From Spizellomyces punctatus DAOM BR117 (lineage: Eukaryota), in the NCBI GenBank assembly GCA_000182565.2, contig KQ257456.1: a DNA stretch of 64,000 nt; one strand, given 5' to 3'. The notes beneath the pieces were generated by a model. The model searched no databases. It had not been told where the DNA came from and was given only the letters and a program-made list of their open reading frames with translations. Below, in pieces: positions 1-10,691 of this stretch (position 1 is the stretch's first letter; every line of letters starts with the position of its first letter). The position numbers and the translations under genes are program-made.

Positions 1-8
1 ACTGGCTC

Positions 9-97
9 TACAATTGGGGTTAGTAGTGCGGAGCCGGTGGGTATTGGCACTAGCACCCGCACCAGGGATTGAACCGCGCGACAACCGGTTCGGAAAC
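9..97 (-). ncRNA. Fanzor omegaRNA: scaffold 97->24 plus guide derived from the flank (23->~9, CUAACCCCAAUUGUA...)
   Basis: Minus strand reads GTTTCCGAACCGGTTGTCGCGCGGTTCAATCCCTGGTGCGGGTGCTAGTGCCAATACCCACCGGCTCCGCACTA, starting ~20 nt after the Fanzor stop and overlapping the right TIR. Hairpin GAACCG/CGGTTC and stem GGTGCGG/CCGCACT. Matches the SpuFz scaffold as I remember it. Guide length is assumed. Confidence 0.88.
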
Positions 98-117
98 CTT
101 AATCTAACTAGTCTACG

Positions 118-2597
118 CTACGCTACCACTGGAACACCCCTCCTGAACACCTCTGGTCTACCGTGTCCATCCAACATTGATTGCATGATTGCCAGCATGT
201 TGCAGGTTGACAGTGTATCTCGATTCCAGTAGCGCATTGTCCAGGCTTGCTGCAAACAGTTAGGGTTGGTACAACCCAGCAATCCATGGACTTTTTCAAC
301 CTTGCCTTCTTGTCATCACCAAGGTCTTGAATGAGGTCATGTTTTGAAGTCCTTTTCAAGGAAGTGTAACGACGAGGACGTCTTCGAGAGATCGCGAGTA
401 AGCCCAAATCGGACGCGGGAAGCACGAATCGCGTGACCAACTCCACCGATTGGGTTACCGCGACCGAAAAAACCGGTTCGGAGAATGGCAATTGGCGCAT
501 TAGATTTCAGCGTGCCTCGTACAACCTGTGGAGGCCCGAGCCAGTGCGGAAAAGGAAGAGATCGGTACCGCCACCAATAAATCAGTTGCGGTGCAGCGAC
601 ACCCATTAGTTTAGTTTAGTTTAACAGTTTATCCAAGAATCTTGTATAAAAAGGATGTATTCAATAAAATAAGTCGGGGGCAGAAGCCGTAGCGACACAA
701 AATCCCCATAACTCGCTTCTCAACTCCAATCTTAGGTTAACAGGAACCTAACAGAGCGCTTCAACGGCCTGATCACCCGTACCGAAGCCTCTAAATCCTG
801 CTCGGTTCACAACTAACCGACTCTCCTTGCCTCTCGCCCCCAAGTCGCTACCGACGCCCAAAGAAAGGATTTGGAGACTACGATTCCTAGTACGGACACC
901 CACACAACCTGCTAGGAGACCCAAGTTGTCTTTACTGTAGTCTACCAACAAAAAATCCGTTACATGGTGGAGAAGCGCGACGAACCGCCTTCCCCTCTCA
1001 AATTCAGCTGAAAACCTTATTCGGTCGTACCGATCCTGCTCCGCTTAAAGAGGGTGCGCCAACCTTTTGTCTTTGATGAGGTCTGAAATCTTGCAGTTCG
1101 ACTGGCATCGCTCCAATCACCCATCATGACAGTAAAGTTTTCACCATACTTGTTGCACATGTTGGATATGAGGTCTGATTCACTCTTCTGATGGTTTATG
1201 AATGTGTGCCATTTCCACCACGTGTGGGCAGGATGTGAGTAGAACTCCTTGCGACAATCCCAATCAGCATGGCGAACAAGAAGGTAGCGAGTAAAATCCA
1301 TGAGGTTCATTGTTTTGTGGCTAGGAATTCATGATTCTATGAGGTCAATATCCCCCTTCTTCATCTGCTGCCTTTGCCTTTGCTGTCAATGGCTACCTGT
1401 CTCCATGGCTCACTGGTTTGCAGTGTAATGAAATGTTGTACCAATGCTGTCTTGGCAGTAGAGAATGTCACGCTTGTTTGGGTCGATAGCAACAACATTC
1501 TCTGCTCAACAAGCAGGTAAGTTGTTCTCCACATATACTGCCTTCACCTCAGCTTCTAGGGTCTTTGCTGACTTTCTCGCTCCATGCTTTCTGTACTTGT
1601 CAGCATTGGGGTGTTTCAAATACACAGAAACCGAGGTACTGTCCATTGTGATCGAGCCTTCAAACTGCATATGGCAGCGAGACCGAAAAGCCTTGGTATG
1701 TAGATTGCAGACGCGCATCCACAGATCATCCTTCTCTAATGCTTCTGCTTCTCGCTGCATGATGCAAAGAATATGAGAGTAGAGAATGATGGTGTCGATC
1801 CGCACATGGCTTTGGATGAGGGAGTGGCGAAGTGGGATTGCACTGAACCGTCGAAATCCATGCTTTTCATATAGGCTTGACAACCAACAGTAGGCAGGGA
1901 AGAAGGCGAGAGGGTCTACAGCAACTGAATATGTGAGCGGCTGGTCGGAAAGGGGAATGAAGGACCACATCTCTTCTAGAAGCTCACTCTCTTCAGCAGT
2001 CAAGTCATCGAGTGACTCGGGCACAGTATCAAAAAGGAAAATTGACTTCAAGTAGTGAAGATGAGCAAAGAAAGCCTTTTGCACATCACTTTTAGGTGGC
2101 AGTTGCTGCTTCTGTCCCTTCACATCGAGCCGCAGATTGATATATCAAAGGAGCATCTGCATAAAATGCTCTTGAACATTGACTTTCAGGTTCATCATCA
2201 TACTTGCTGTCAGGTAATTAATTGACTGCTGCTCACCTCATAGATTTGGATGAACAAAGCTGACAATGCAGCAGTACTGACAAATGTATGGCAACAAGCA
2301 TCCGCATAGCACCTTCTTTGCATCTGTTCTTGGTTGCCAAGCCTCCCCCTTGTTGAGAAGATAGAGAATTGCTTCGATTGTATCTTGATCTACCATGGGA
2401 ACGGATGGCGCAGAGAGGATGTAGAATTTGAGAGCATGGGAAGCATGGTCAGCAAGTTGATGGATAATGGCAATGTAATCAAGAAGACGCTGTCGGTAGG
2501 TCTCATTAGGCAGGAAAGCTTTTGCAAAGGAAGTCTTGTTGCAAGTATGTAAGCAGGTAGGTAGCTTTTCAAGCTTTTGCTTTTTCTTTGGTGGCAT
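118..2597 (-). pseudogene. Fanzor1 (eukaryotic TnpB/Cas12-like RNA-guided nuclease) pseudogene
   Basis: ORF pieces 2238-2597, 1506-2123 and 1017-1310 are in one frame and read like SpuFz1 as I recall it (MPPKKKQKL..HTCNKTSFAKAFLPNETYRQRLLDY; RuvC-I VVAIDPNKRDILY; GDWSDA..KGWRTLFK). The C-terminus resumes at 364 (FLEKDFKT*PHSRPW**QEGKVEKVHGLLGCTNPNC..RYWNRDTLSTCNML..GVPVVA*, stop 118-120). Nine in-frame TGA stops and an LTR insertion/deletion at 365-1030. Confidence 0.95.
365..1030 (+). mobile_element. Truncated LTR retrotransposon: 600-bp 5' LTR (365-964), PBS (965-~980) and a short internal stub
   Basis: Termini TGTAACG (365-371) and CGTTACA (958-964) are perfect 7-bp inverted repeats with TG...CA ends. 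They are followed directly by TGGTGGAGAAGCGCG, complementary to a tRNA 3' end ...CUUCUCCACCA. TATAAAAA at 645-652 and AATAAA at 663-668. Confidence 0.88.
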
Positions 2598-3106
2598 GAT
2601 GATATCTGTGGAAAAAGATGAAAGCCTGGGAAAATGGGCGACGACTTATATAGGATTTTTTGAATCAAACCATAGTTCATGAGTCTAAATCGAGTAAAAT
2701 TATGATTAAATTGGTTGGAATCTATGTACTAGTGCCAAAGTCCACCGGCTCCACACTATGAATGTGCTAGTTTCTACAGCATATGCCTTCATGCTAGACT
2801 ATTGATGTTTTGATTTCGTTCGATTGACCGACAATGTGTTGTGCTTCTTTCATCGTCTTTTTCGTAAGCTCTGTTTTCTTATCTTACGACCCAGTGCGGA
2901 TGGATGAAAGAATAGGCTGGCACATAGCTTCTCGGAACTGGCTCTGTTGACCGTAAATGGGGCGCGCGGCCACGAGCGGTGATGGCTGTGCAGAGCCAAA
3001 TGCTTAGCCACGCAGGAGATAGCCAAGCCCTTTTCAATGTTCACATAATATACCCAACTGGAGCTCCAGATAATTCTCCATAGCGACATTTTGAGACAAG
3101 ACAATA

Positions 3107-3967
3107 ATGGAAGCGATACCAAGACCCACCAAGACAGGCAATCCATTTGGTGCCGGAGTCAGACGCTCATGGGCACCACCAAGCCCAGATGACGACCAAA
3201 GTGTTGGCGACGAGGTTGCTCAGCTCGTGGCCCTCTCTAAAAGAACACTAGAAGTACAGGAGGAGTCTGCGAATGCTACTGCTAGGGCATTGGCAACCGC
3301 CAAGCAAACGGAACAGCTGGGAATGGAGAACTTGGTGAAGCTCAATGCACAGGGTGGTAAGTAGAGATGATCTATGTGGTTTGCATTAGTCCATGTAGCT
3401 TTGACGAACATGACTAAAAGTCCATTCGCTTTGTTAGAACAACTTGACTCAATACATGAAAAAACCGAAGAGACTGGACACAAAATCAAAATTGCCGAAG
3501 CGAAAACCTCGTACCTCGACAAACTCTCTGATTCCTTCCTCCGGCCAATATTTGGCGGTGAAAAGCAAGTTAAACAAAAAGATTCCCAACCATTTGAGTG
3601 GAAAGCACCGCAGGGACCGGACGGCAAACCTCTGTGGGGACGACGTGTTAGCAGTTTACCTGAGGAATTCCCTGGCGCTATCGCAAAAGGAGCCGAACCC
3701 AAGAGCACAGTCAAGCCTGGCGGAATGCTGGGAGACTGGGCGGACGAGGAGGACAAGATAAAATCTGAGATGCATGAACAAGTGATTGAGGAGAATATGG
3801 GACAGATTAGTAATATTGTCAAGGGAATCAAGTACCAAGCGCAGGCGATGGGACAAGAGATAGAGCGACAGAGCCATGTCATTTCAAGGACGGAAGGGAA
3901 TGTGATGGAGCAAACCGATAGAATTCAGGGTGTAAATAGAAGATTGGATAAGATTAGCAGAAAGTAG
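3107..3967 (+). CDS. SEC9: Sec9/SNAP-25-like Qbc SNARE
   Basis: Two SNARE helices (..LVKLNAQGEQLDSIHEK..; ..IEENMGQISNIVKGIKYQAQAMGQEIERQSHVISR..) joined in frame across a GT-AG intron at 3357-3437. Confidence 0.8.
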
Positions 3968-4747
3968 GAATTGTAGTAGGATATGTAATTATAGCGACTG
4001 CGTGCAACATTCTTGGTCGTCATCAAAGGCCCAACTCACCTCCAGGGCCAAAAAGTAGGGCTAACTATCAAGAAAGCCTTCAAATGAGCGTCAAAAATAA
4101 CACAATTCTTGTCAAAAGCATTTCCAACCACTCTGTACACGTGACGCATGCTCACGTTCTCCTCCAACCATTCATTTCAATTCAACACCACTCATTGCAG
4201 CACGCGCTCTCGCTGGTGGTTGCGACATACAACATGCAAGCTTTAAACGAATAAGCAAAAACCCAACTCATCCTGAAGCAGGGCCACTGAGCACAACCGG
4301 CAACATGACTTTATAAAAGACTCTTGGGGTCAAGTTATTTCCTTCGTTAGAAGAAAACAAGAGATATATAGAGACTGACAGGCTTTTTTGGACATTTTGG
4401 GTGAGTGTTTGCGTTCATGGTTTTGGAGTGGAGGAGAAGGGGCATCTGCGCATCCGCTAATGTATTGTTGCAGTTTTAAGTTATTCACTTCTACGCCTAT
4501 CCAGTGGAGGATAATATTATTACAACCCCACGACTACCATCCGAACGGTTAACGCTGTTGCGTCAGATATTGTCGGTCTCCAAAGTATATCCAGACAAGC
4601 GTTTTAGGTGAAGCAGGCACCTGCTCCACGCACGGGCAACACACAAGACGCATACCCACACGCACGTCCACACACAAAACACAGAGTGCGCAGACTCTTC
4701 TTCCACCTCGCTTCCCCATCGTTTCCCTCCTTGTGCCCATGCTATCA

Positions 4748-5606
4748 ATGTCGTCTATAAAGCCTTCACCCCTGCCTCCAACGGTCCAACTCCCAGAGTA
4801 CTTCCACCTCGTTGACGTCAATCACCTAACCCAGCTAATAGGTAACTTAATTTTCCTTGCGGATCCTTTGTGTTTCTTTTATTAATCGGCACCCTCCCCG
4901 CAGCTGACATGTTAATCCGCCTCACATCCCACAACGACCAAATACCGCTAACAAGCTCAAATTTGACCCGGTTCCACTCGCGCGCACCACCAGGAATAAG
5001 TATACCAGAGTACCTCAAGCGGATCGTGAAATATGCGTCGATTGAACGTGTGTGCCTGTTGATACTGTTGATTTACATTGATCGCGTTTGCGAGCGTCAT
5101 CGGGGATTCACTATTTCAAGCTTGACGGTACATCGATTTGTCATTACCGGGATTACATGCGCCTCCAAGGCGCTGTGCGATTCATATCTGGTATGAGTTT
5201 CTTCCTGAAAAACGGACGTATCGTTCGTATTGTTCTTGAACTTACATCTCTGGCATGGCAGACGAATACAATGTATGCCAAAGTGGGCGGAATTACAACA
5301 AAGGAACTCAACATTCTCGAATTGGAATTTTTATTTTTGATCGATTGGCATTTGGCTGCCAATGTAGAGATGCTACAAAAATATTACGCGAATCTCGTGC
5401 GGCAGGTTTGTTTCCTCTGTTATTTGTTTTAATTACTGGACTAGTAGCGCTAATTAGAGCTTTGCTGGTAGCACCCGTACTATACAAGGTTGACAAAACC
5501 TATACTATCCCCAGTTTCACCCTCCTCGACGGACAGTATGGTATACTCTGTTGTAAACTCTGTACAGATGCAACGGTCATCCTCCGAAATAGAATGGGTT
5601 GATTGA
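4748..5606 (+). CDS. Pho80/Pcl-family cyclin
   Basis: Motifs TRFHSRAPPGISIPEYLKRIVKY, TVHRFVITGITCASKALCD and YAKVGGITTKELNILELEFL. Three GT-AG introns inferred; ATG 4748, stop 5604-5606. Confidence 0.85.
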
Positions 5607-5718
5607 TTAAAAACTCCCCTCCAGACGGAGAAAACGTCCCTTTTCATATTTACAAATGCATGCACCACACGCATGTACATTACCCACCAAAATATAAAAA
5701 ACATTAACAAGCAAATTA

Positions 5719-7251
5719 TCAAGCAAAGTATACTCCCTCCCCAGGCCACACCCATTCTGCCTTAACGACATCTTCAAATCCAATTAATTTATCTTCTTCA
5801 CTTTTGAACAAGTTATTCCACACACATTTCGCAAATCCTTGATGCGCCCTCCAATTTGGGTGCGCACCGTCTGCAGCGCTCGCAAGGAAGCGTTTATAGA
5901 CATGTTGATCAATAGGTTCCTCAATGGTCGGTTGTATCGTGACTTTAAATTGCGTAACGGGCGACCAATCGTAGTCGTGTACGACTCGTCGAATGCTGTT
6001 GTTCACCGCCTGACATTTTCGGCGACAGAGGAGGATATCGGCATTAGATGATTCAGGACCCAGAATGCCAGACACGTCCGGAATCGTCAAGAGACATACA
6101 AAACACTTGTCGACGCAGCTCCGCAACAGCTGTAACGCTTCGACAAGTGGTTGACAAACGCGTTGGTCCGCTTCAGCCTTCAAATCTCCAGACCAGTCCA
6201 AGAGTACATCATTCGCTCCAACCCACACAAAAACCATTTTCCACGCGTTTTTCATTGACGTGGCTTCAGGCTTATTGAGTTTGGATATGAGGTCGACGAC
6301 CTGATCTCTTACATCTCTAGCCGTCGTTCCAGATCGAGCAAAATTCCATCCTCCATCATGTCTAGCTCCACATCGGGTTTTTGTCTGGCTCAGTCCGACC
6401 AAATTCGGGGAGAATGTTTTCAATAATTTTCCTACAGATATGACGCTCGGATGAGATCCAGCAATACATGTCTTATGTCTCTGCTCGCCGGACAAGAGCC
6501 ATGCAAGGTGTTTGTTTGTCTGCTTTGATAGGTTCAGCACGGGTGTGTGACTAGGGTCGTCCAAGCACAGCCCTGTCATGAGCGAGTCCCCGAGCGATAT
6601 CAGTAGTTGAATGTCCTGTGGGTGAAGAGTGGCGGATGTGGGTGTTTTGAATGTTGGAGAAGTGCACTGCAGCGATAGCGAAGATGAAGAAGGACTCTTG
6701 TTAAAACCTAGGGCAGACCATAGAGTCGAGGTGCGAGCTGCGGATTCTCTACTGGTGGTGTACCACGTCTGCGGTCGTGTATCTGGAACAGGTAGCACTG
6801 GTGATTTGGCTTGTGTCTGCACAACAAGGGATGTGGGTCGCATAACTCCGTCTTTCAGTGCATGTGCGGCTGCCGCCGCAATGGATTGCACGGTCCTATG
6901 TCTAGCGGGCTTGGGTGGTGGGACTGCTCGTGGTTGCTGAGTTGGTTCTGCTGAGGGTGCTACGTCAGGATTCAGCGTTTTGCGAGGAGGCTTGGGGGGA
7001 GGTGATTGTGTATTGGCGAGTGGCAGCTGTAATTTATCATTGTCCATCCAGGAGGGGAAGCCGAATGGGTGCAGTTGGTCCAAGACCTTGTCCAACGTTC
7101 TTGGCGGCATTGAGCTGTCGAGAGTGGCAGTGTTAAACTGAGTATGATGCTGCGAATGCGGCTGATTTTGTAGTGAGGGCTGCTTTGTTCCTGCCAAAAG
7201 AGCCTTGGGAGGTCTTGGCGGAAGGGTGTAGGTAGAGTCTGGCCGTGTCAT
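5719..7251 (-). CDS. GDSL/SGNH lipase (phospholipase B1-like) with a Pro-rich N-terminus
   Basis: 510-aa ORF with SGNH blocks LGDSL, NFARSG, WVGAND and DGAHP. Confidence 0.8.
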   Translation of the reverse strand: MTRPDSTYTLPPRPPKALLAGTKQPSLQNQPHSQHHTQFNTATLDSSMPPRTLDKVLDQLHPFGFPSWMDNDKLQLPLANTQSPPPKPPRKTLNPDVAPSAEPTQQPRAVPPPKPARHRTVQSIAAAAAHALKDGVMRPTSLVVQTQAKSPVLPVPDTRPQTWYTTSRESAARTSTLWSALGFNKSPSSSSLSLQCTSPTFKTPTSATLHPQDIQLLISLGDSLMTGLCLDDPSHTPVLNLSKQTNKHLAWLLSGEQRHKTCIAGSHPSVISVGKLLKTFSPNLVGLSQTKTRCGARHDGGWNFARSGTTARDVRDQVVDLISKLNKPEATSMKNAWKMVFVWVGANDVLLDWSGDLKAEADQRVCQPLVEALQLLRSCVDKCFVCLLTIPDVSGILGPESSNADILLCRRKCQAVNNSIRRVVHDYDWSPVTQFKVTIQPTIEEPIDQHVYKRFLASAADGAHPNWRAHQGFAKCVWNNLFKSEEDKLIGFEDVVKAEWVWPGEGVYFA

Positions 7252-7504
7252 GTCGGGAACAAACCGCCCCCGTCAAGGGCGAAAGTTGCTTTTGGCTCTT
7301 CTTGCTTGCTCTCAGCAATAAGCACAGCAATTGCCTCAAATTAACCACGTGGTCCAAGCCACATGATCGCCAGGAATATCACTAGTTAACTACTATAGTT
7401 ATTCGACTACTTTACTACACTTTTTAAACAAATAGTGACCTTTGCAGTTTTCTATCTTCTAGGCTAGTATAATATATGCTAGTAGGATCTACATCCTGAG
7501 CTCA

Positions 7505-10500
7505 TTAAACTCCTCCACTCCCCTTGCCGGAGGCCAATTGCCTCCCGGAATTCGCTTGGATCGGGGACAAACATCTGGGCGACGAAATATTAGCTTCTGC
7601 CGCCAAGAAGGTCTCCCACTCTTCCGCTTTCTCAGCACTATCCATTTGAACCCATAAGGTCTGCTTGCAATATTTGATCTCTAGAATATTCTCCAGCCCA
7701 CGAATGTCTAACAATTCTTTTGGAACTATCCGTATGTCGCAGAACGCTTTGTCGAGCATTATGCTGGTGCCGACAAACGTGGAATCAGCGGCAGAGCAGT
7801 CAACCAGAGTTAAAATACGGCCCGGTGCACTAGTCGCGGTCATGGTGTGCTTCCTCCATACAGAAGCAAGGGAACTGTAATTCTTTACGGGATATGTTCC
7901 TTGCAGAATCGTCTGAAAGGCAGAGGAATGCTCAGAGAAAGCAATATCAAATAACCTTAACTTTGCGCACTTACCGCTGGCTGGTGATTGAACAAGGACC
8001 TCTTCTCGTCTGAACGAGTGACAGAGAGTTTGCCATGCAATTGTAGCTGTTTGACACTTTTGCTTGCCGTCAATTCCACCCTTGCCCGCAACAGGAGGAC
8101 GCGGAGAAGATGTCGACCGATGCAGCATGCGTACGTAACTGTGACAGCTAATAATATCACGAACGTTCGGATTCGGAATTCAGTTAACGGATTCTGGTCC
8201 GACAAGCTGAGGGTAGCGATAATGATGCCGCAGCAGACAAGAATGTTGTAAACAGTCAATCCAATGAATTTGCTCTCATTAAACTCTGACCAAACTTGTC
8301 GGGTTTTGATTGCTGTACGATGATTTATGTCAGCTTCTGAATTGTGTCTATAAAATCGAACGTTACCATTACAACTCACCCAAGAAAGTCAAACACAACA
8401 TCAAGAGCCCAGCGTAGACCTCCAATGCAATAGTAACTCCATTCTGTACCGCTGTATTAGGAGACGAGCAAACATCAGTGTACGTCCCCGCCGATGTGTT
8501 CTCCACTCGACGAGATTGTCGTGGCGAGAGACCGGACCATATGCAGAGGAGCAGCACTGGAAATAAAAGCAAGGTCCCACTGGCCCTAAGAAGAACCACA
8601 TCGGGCATCGCGTTGCTGTGGAGCACTCGGTTGTCGAATATCCAATAGATCCGCCAAAGTTTAACCAACAAATTGACCTGGTGGTTGACATGCGGCAAAG
8701 GTTAGAAACACTTGTTGACGACGTCATTAATGCGTGAAGTTCCTACCAAGACCATACTAATACCAATAATAAGCAGCCAGGCATACGTTGTGCATGCCAA
8801 AGCCGTCGGCCGAGCAGCGTCCACAAAAACTCCAAGGAGTACCAGCCCGAGTCCCAGCAAAATGAAGAAACAAAACAGAGACGAGACAGCCTTGAGAGTC
8901 TTCTCGTGCCTGAAAATAACAACCAATGCCAAGGAAACAACCACCACTGCGAGCATGATGCTGTAGAGCAGAAACGCTACTATAGTTAACGGTGAACTCA
9001 TGTCGATGAACACCGGGACCAAAAGTGGACTGTCCCGTGGTACTGTGGTGGTACCGTCAAAGAAGATAGGCTTTGTCGAGAGATGCGTAACAACGGAATA
9101 TTCGTCGGATACCGCAACCGGGGCAAAACTTTCTCCGTTCCAGTTGAAAACATTGTATGCATTGACACGCTCATAATTATCATCCAGAAGGATATCTCCA
9201 GTGACACCTACGAGGTTTTTCTGTAGGAATGTCTGAAGCGTAAGTGCTGGAAATGTTTGAGCAGCTACATTTATCATCAAAGTCAGAATTGGCAATAGTT
9301 AGGTTTCAATGATTCGAGACTACGTACCTATTTCGCTGATTGTATAATTTTGGAGCATGTTGTGGTAAGAATGTATCAGTCCGAGTAAACAATCGACGTA
9401 GAACCCTGAGTACTGGGCTGGCTCGCTGCCGTACGTAGCGGTAAAGCTGGATGCAGTTGCAAGGTTAGACCTTAAGGCTACGTAAACAAAACTTTATATC
9501 GACGTAACGTCCTCCTACTTTTTCAGGAAATCATCTCCTTTTGTTCCTGAGAAATCGCGTGGGGTACTCATCACAAATCCTGCAATGGAAGCAGAGTGAG
9601 TTTGTCGATTCACACCAAAAGTATGAATACGTGTAAGCATACCACGCAACAAATGGCTGTTATTCGGGACCTGACTTCTCATGTATTCTACAATACTTCT
9701 CATATTTTCTCCTCCAATCCAAACATAGTCCTTCCCGACTAGACCAGCCTCGTATGCATGGCGATATAAACTGCTGAACTCGTCATACATTCCGCAAAAT
9801 ACAATGATTCGAGCATTGGTAGCCGTAATGACCGAGAAATCCAAAGTCTGACCACCGACAGTGAAACCCAAGCGGGAGAGTACCTCCACATTTAATTGAG
9901 CAGCACGACGGACAGCTGCGTCGGCCATTGACTGACCATAGACGGTGTCCGACGCAATGATGGCGATCTTCTTCCAATTCATGGCAGCAGCATAATTGAC
10001 TATAGCCGTTCCAGTCTTATCATCTGATGGAATTGTTCGCCAAAAATTTGGAAATACCTGCCGTTACAGACACGAAATAGTGAGCAATGCAAAGCAAATC
10101 ATTCCGTTTATAATCTTAACGATGCAACTCACCGTCTTGTCTTCAAAGGTTGTAGCAGTTGATGCGCCGGAGCATTGCAAAATATGGTGATTTTGCAAAA
10201 CATAAGAAAGCACTTCCGTAGCACCAGAATTGAACTCGCCAAGCACCCCATGGCTTTTATTCTTCATGTCAAGGATGGCGGCAGCCGGTAAGCACATTAT
10301 GAATCATACAAGTTAATCCCAGGCAATTAAAATGCACTCACCGCAACAGCGTTGATACCCAAATTGACAGTGTTGCTCTTGCTCTTTTTTGTATCAAGAT
10401 ATGATAGTCTTATGGTGGCTCCCGGTAGGAGATCGTTGTTGCTGTTGGTTGTGTTCACAACGAGGTCAAGGGACTTTTGAATGGAGGACTGCCAGACCAG

Positions 10501-10691
10501 AAGACCGTCATGTTACAGCTATAGGCGACAGAACTGTACTTGTAATCTGATATGCTCACCGTCTCTATAGTGTAATTAGAAAAGGGCAGCATCACATGAA
10601 ACCGCAGTTCCGCTGGCCCTGTGCCAGCCATTACACCGGGGGCGATCAAACTTAGCCATCGCAATAGAGAAACTAGCGTTCGGGATAACAT
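7505..10691 (-). CDS. Class C (GABA-B-like) GPCR: Venus flytrap domain plus 7TM, multi-exon
   Basis: Signal-like N-terminus. ANF-receptor motifs GVLGEFNSG, NWKKIAII..YGQSM, ARIIVF, GLVGKDYVWI and GVTGDI. 7TM motifs KAVSSLF, VKLWRIYWIFDN and SEFNESKFIGLTVYN. Exon boundaries and start are approximate. Confidence 0.82.

Larger units (their letters stand above)
26..2756 (-). mobile_element. Fanzor1-bearing TIR DNA transposon (Spu-1-like), degenerate copy
   Basis: 31-bp imperfect TIRs: 26-56 GTGCGGAGCCGGTGGGTATTGGCACTAGCAC versus the reverse complement of 2726-2756 GTGTGGAGCCGGTGGACTTTGGCACTAGTAC (26/31 identical). TA lies on both sides (24-25, 2757-2758). The left flank reads CATA on the minus strand (2760-2757). 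Contains a Fanzor pseudogene and an omegaRNA. Confidence 0.93.

Noticed and set aside
337-951. ORFs 337-606 and 748-951 (-) as genes, and the apparent Fanzor-like KTSS at 373-384
   Set aside because: Most of this sequence lies inside the LTR (365-964). KTSS falls within the LTR terminus and is a chance match; true Fanzor sequence resumes at 364.
118-2597. TGA read-through or a variant genetic code keeping Fanzor active
   Set aside because: Host genes here end in TGA (cyclin, SET1), the stops fit CpG decay, and the catalytic Glu region is deleted anyway.
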